A stretch of 64,000 nt of DNA from Anaerolineales bacterium (lineage in GTDB: Bacteria > Chloroflexota > Anaerolineae > Anaerolineales > Villigracilaceae). Shown here in pieces: positions 63,332-64,000 of the stretch. Each line of letters begins with the position of its first letter. The stretch's first letter is position 1. The DNA lies in NCBI GenBank assembly GCA_034411715.1, contig DAOUMJ010000209.1, forward strand, positions 11,604 through 75,603, given 5' to 3'. A model generated the notes under the pieces. It was given only the letters and a program-made list of their open reading frames with translations. It did not search any database and had not been told where the DNA came from. A program made the position numbers and the translations under genes.

Positions 63332-64000
63332 ATGGATATCGTTACCGGTAAGATCCTCAAACGCAACGGCTGGCCCGATGGACGCATCATCGGCATCGCC
63401 AAGGACGCCGCGGCGCGCCTGCTCGAAACGGGCCTCGACCGCGACTCGGTTCTCGCGCGACTTTCGGCGGTGCGCGCCGACCCGGGCCGTTTCCTCGCCG
63501 ACGCGACCCTGTCCGAGTTGGCGCGCGAATGTGTCCGCGTGAGTCAGCCCAGGGAGGAGAGTCCCGCCGAACTGCGCGGCGAGGCGATTCCCTATCCGAT
63601 CTGGGGACGCGAAAATATTGACGACCAGTCCCTCGCGCAAATGAACAACGCCATGCGACTGCCCATCACCGTGGCGGGCGCGCTCATGCCCGACGCGCAC
63701 GTGGGCTACGGCCTGCCCATCGGCGGCGTGCTGGCCACCGAGAACGCCGTCATCCCGTATGCCGTGGGAGTTGATATTGCCTGTTTTTCAGGGGATACAA
63801 AAGTTCCGCTGTTGGACGGAAATGACTATACGCTCGAAGAACTTGTAAATCGAACAGAACCGTTTTACGTTTATGCCTGCAAATCTGATGGGAAAATCGT
63901 TATTGCTCCTGCAACTGCCGTCAAAACCGCGAAAAATGCCCGACTTGTTGAAGTGACGCTTGATAATGGCGAGAAAGTTTTCTGCACTCCAGATCATGAT
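63332..64000 (+). CDS. rtcB: RNA ligase RtcB, 5' part (runs off the window), interrupted by an intein from 63782
   Basis: Not in the ORF track (no stop in the window). ATG at 63332. 'ALMPDAHVGYGLPIGGV' and 'IPYAVGVDIA' | 'CFSGDTKVPLLDG...' (the RtcB 'GVDIGCG' metal site is interrupted). Confidence 0.85.
   Translation, partial: MDIVTGKILKRNGWPDGRIIGIAKDAAARLLETGLDRDSVLARLSAVRADPGRFLADATLSELARECVRVSQPREESPAELRGEAIPYPIWGRENIDDQSLAQMNNAMRLPITVAGALMPDAHVGYGLPIGGVLATENAVIPYAVGVDIACFSGDTKVPLLDGNDYTLEELVNRTEPFYVYACKSDGKIVIAPATAVKTAKNARLVEVTLDNGEKVFCTPDHD
63782..64000 (+). mobile_element. Intein N-terminal part inside rtcB (continues beyond the window)
   Basis: Block A 'CFSGDTKVPLLDGNDYTLEELV', later 'VFCTPDH' (block B-like). 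An abrupt shift to AT-rich sequence falls exactly at the junction. Confidence 0.8.

Noticed and set aside
1-64000. tRNA, rRNA, tmRNA, IS elements, transposases or integrases marking the AT-rich islands.
   Set aside because: Reading the intergenic regions and the ORF translations showed no cloverleaf-like sequences, rRNA segments, or DDE/tyrosine/serine recombinase motifs. The island borders are marked only by the hairpin repeats.

Overview
GC-rich bacterial chromosomal segment from an anaerobe. A Chloroflexota/Anaerolineae-like origin is a low-confidence guess from the Thr/Pro-rich linkers and the repeat types.

Core content is a Wood-Ljungdahl (reductive acetyl-CoA) supercluster:
- the 3' part of acsB, interrupted by a 552-aa LAGLIDADG intein placed exactly at the Ni-binding Cys-Gly-Cys motif
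- acsD, acsC, a RACo/AcsV-type activator, a GNAT and acsE
- an HdrA-like flavoprotein and a Cys-type mvhD
- a 1583-aa HdrA-GltD-HdrA fusion (HdrL-like)
- a second mvhD with an in-frame UGA, read here as selenocysteine
- metV, metF and a fused hdrCB

Further downstream lie cooC, a short core-MetE-like gene, a homocysteine-methyltransferase-domain gene, a NuoEF-like subunit and a selenocysteine formate dehydrogenase (the ORF track splits it at the UGA).

Interspersed elements:
- two ABC exporters plus MarR
- a type III-like R-M pair (mod/res) separated by three small genes
- HicBA and RelE-like toxin-antitoxin pairs
- glgA, malQ and panB
- visibly AT-richer islands, including a giant secreted propeller-PLD-beta-helix protein wedged into the acs operon and a two-gene nuclease-like cassette
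- the 5' part of rtcB with a second, AT-rich intein

The most pervasive unexplained signal is a set of repeat families built from 7-8-nt-period tandem units arranged as long imperfect hairpins. They occupy nearly every intergenic spacer. They also sit in frame inside several CDSs: hdrL, mod, res and the acsB intein, with simpler heptamer tracts in fdhA. In places they donate start codons, stop codons and terminal tails.

No rRNA, tRNA, CRISPR array, transposase or integrase was seen. All calls rest on reading the sequence and the ORF translations, with no searches run. GC statements are by eye.
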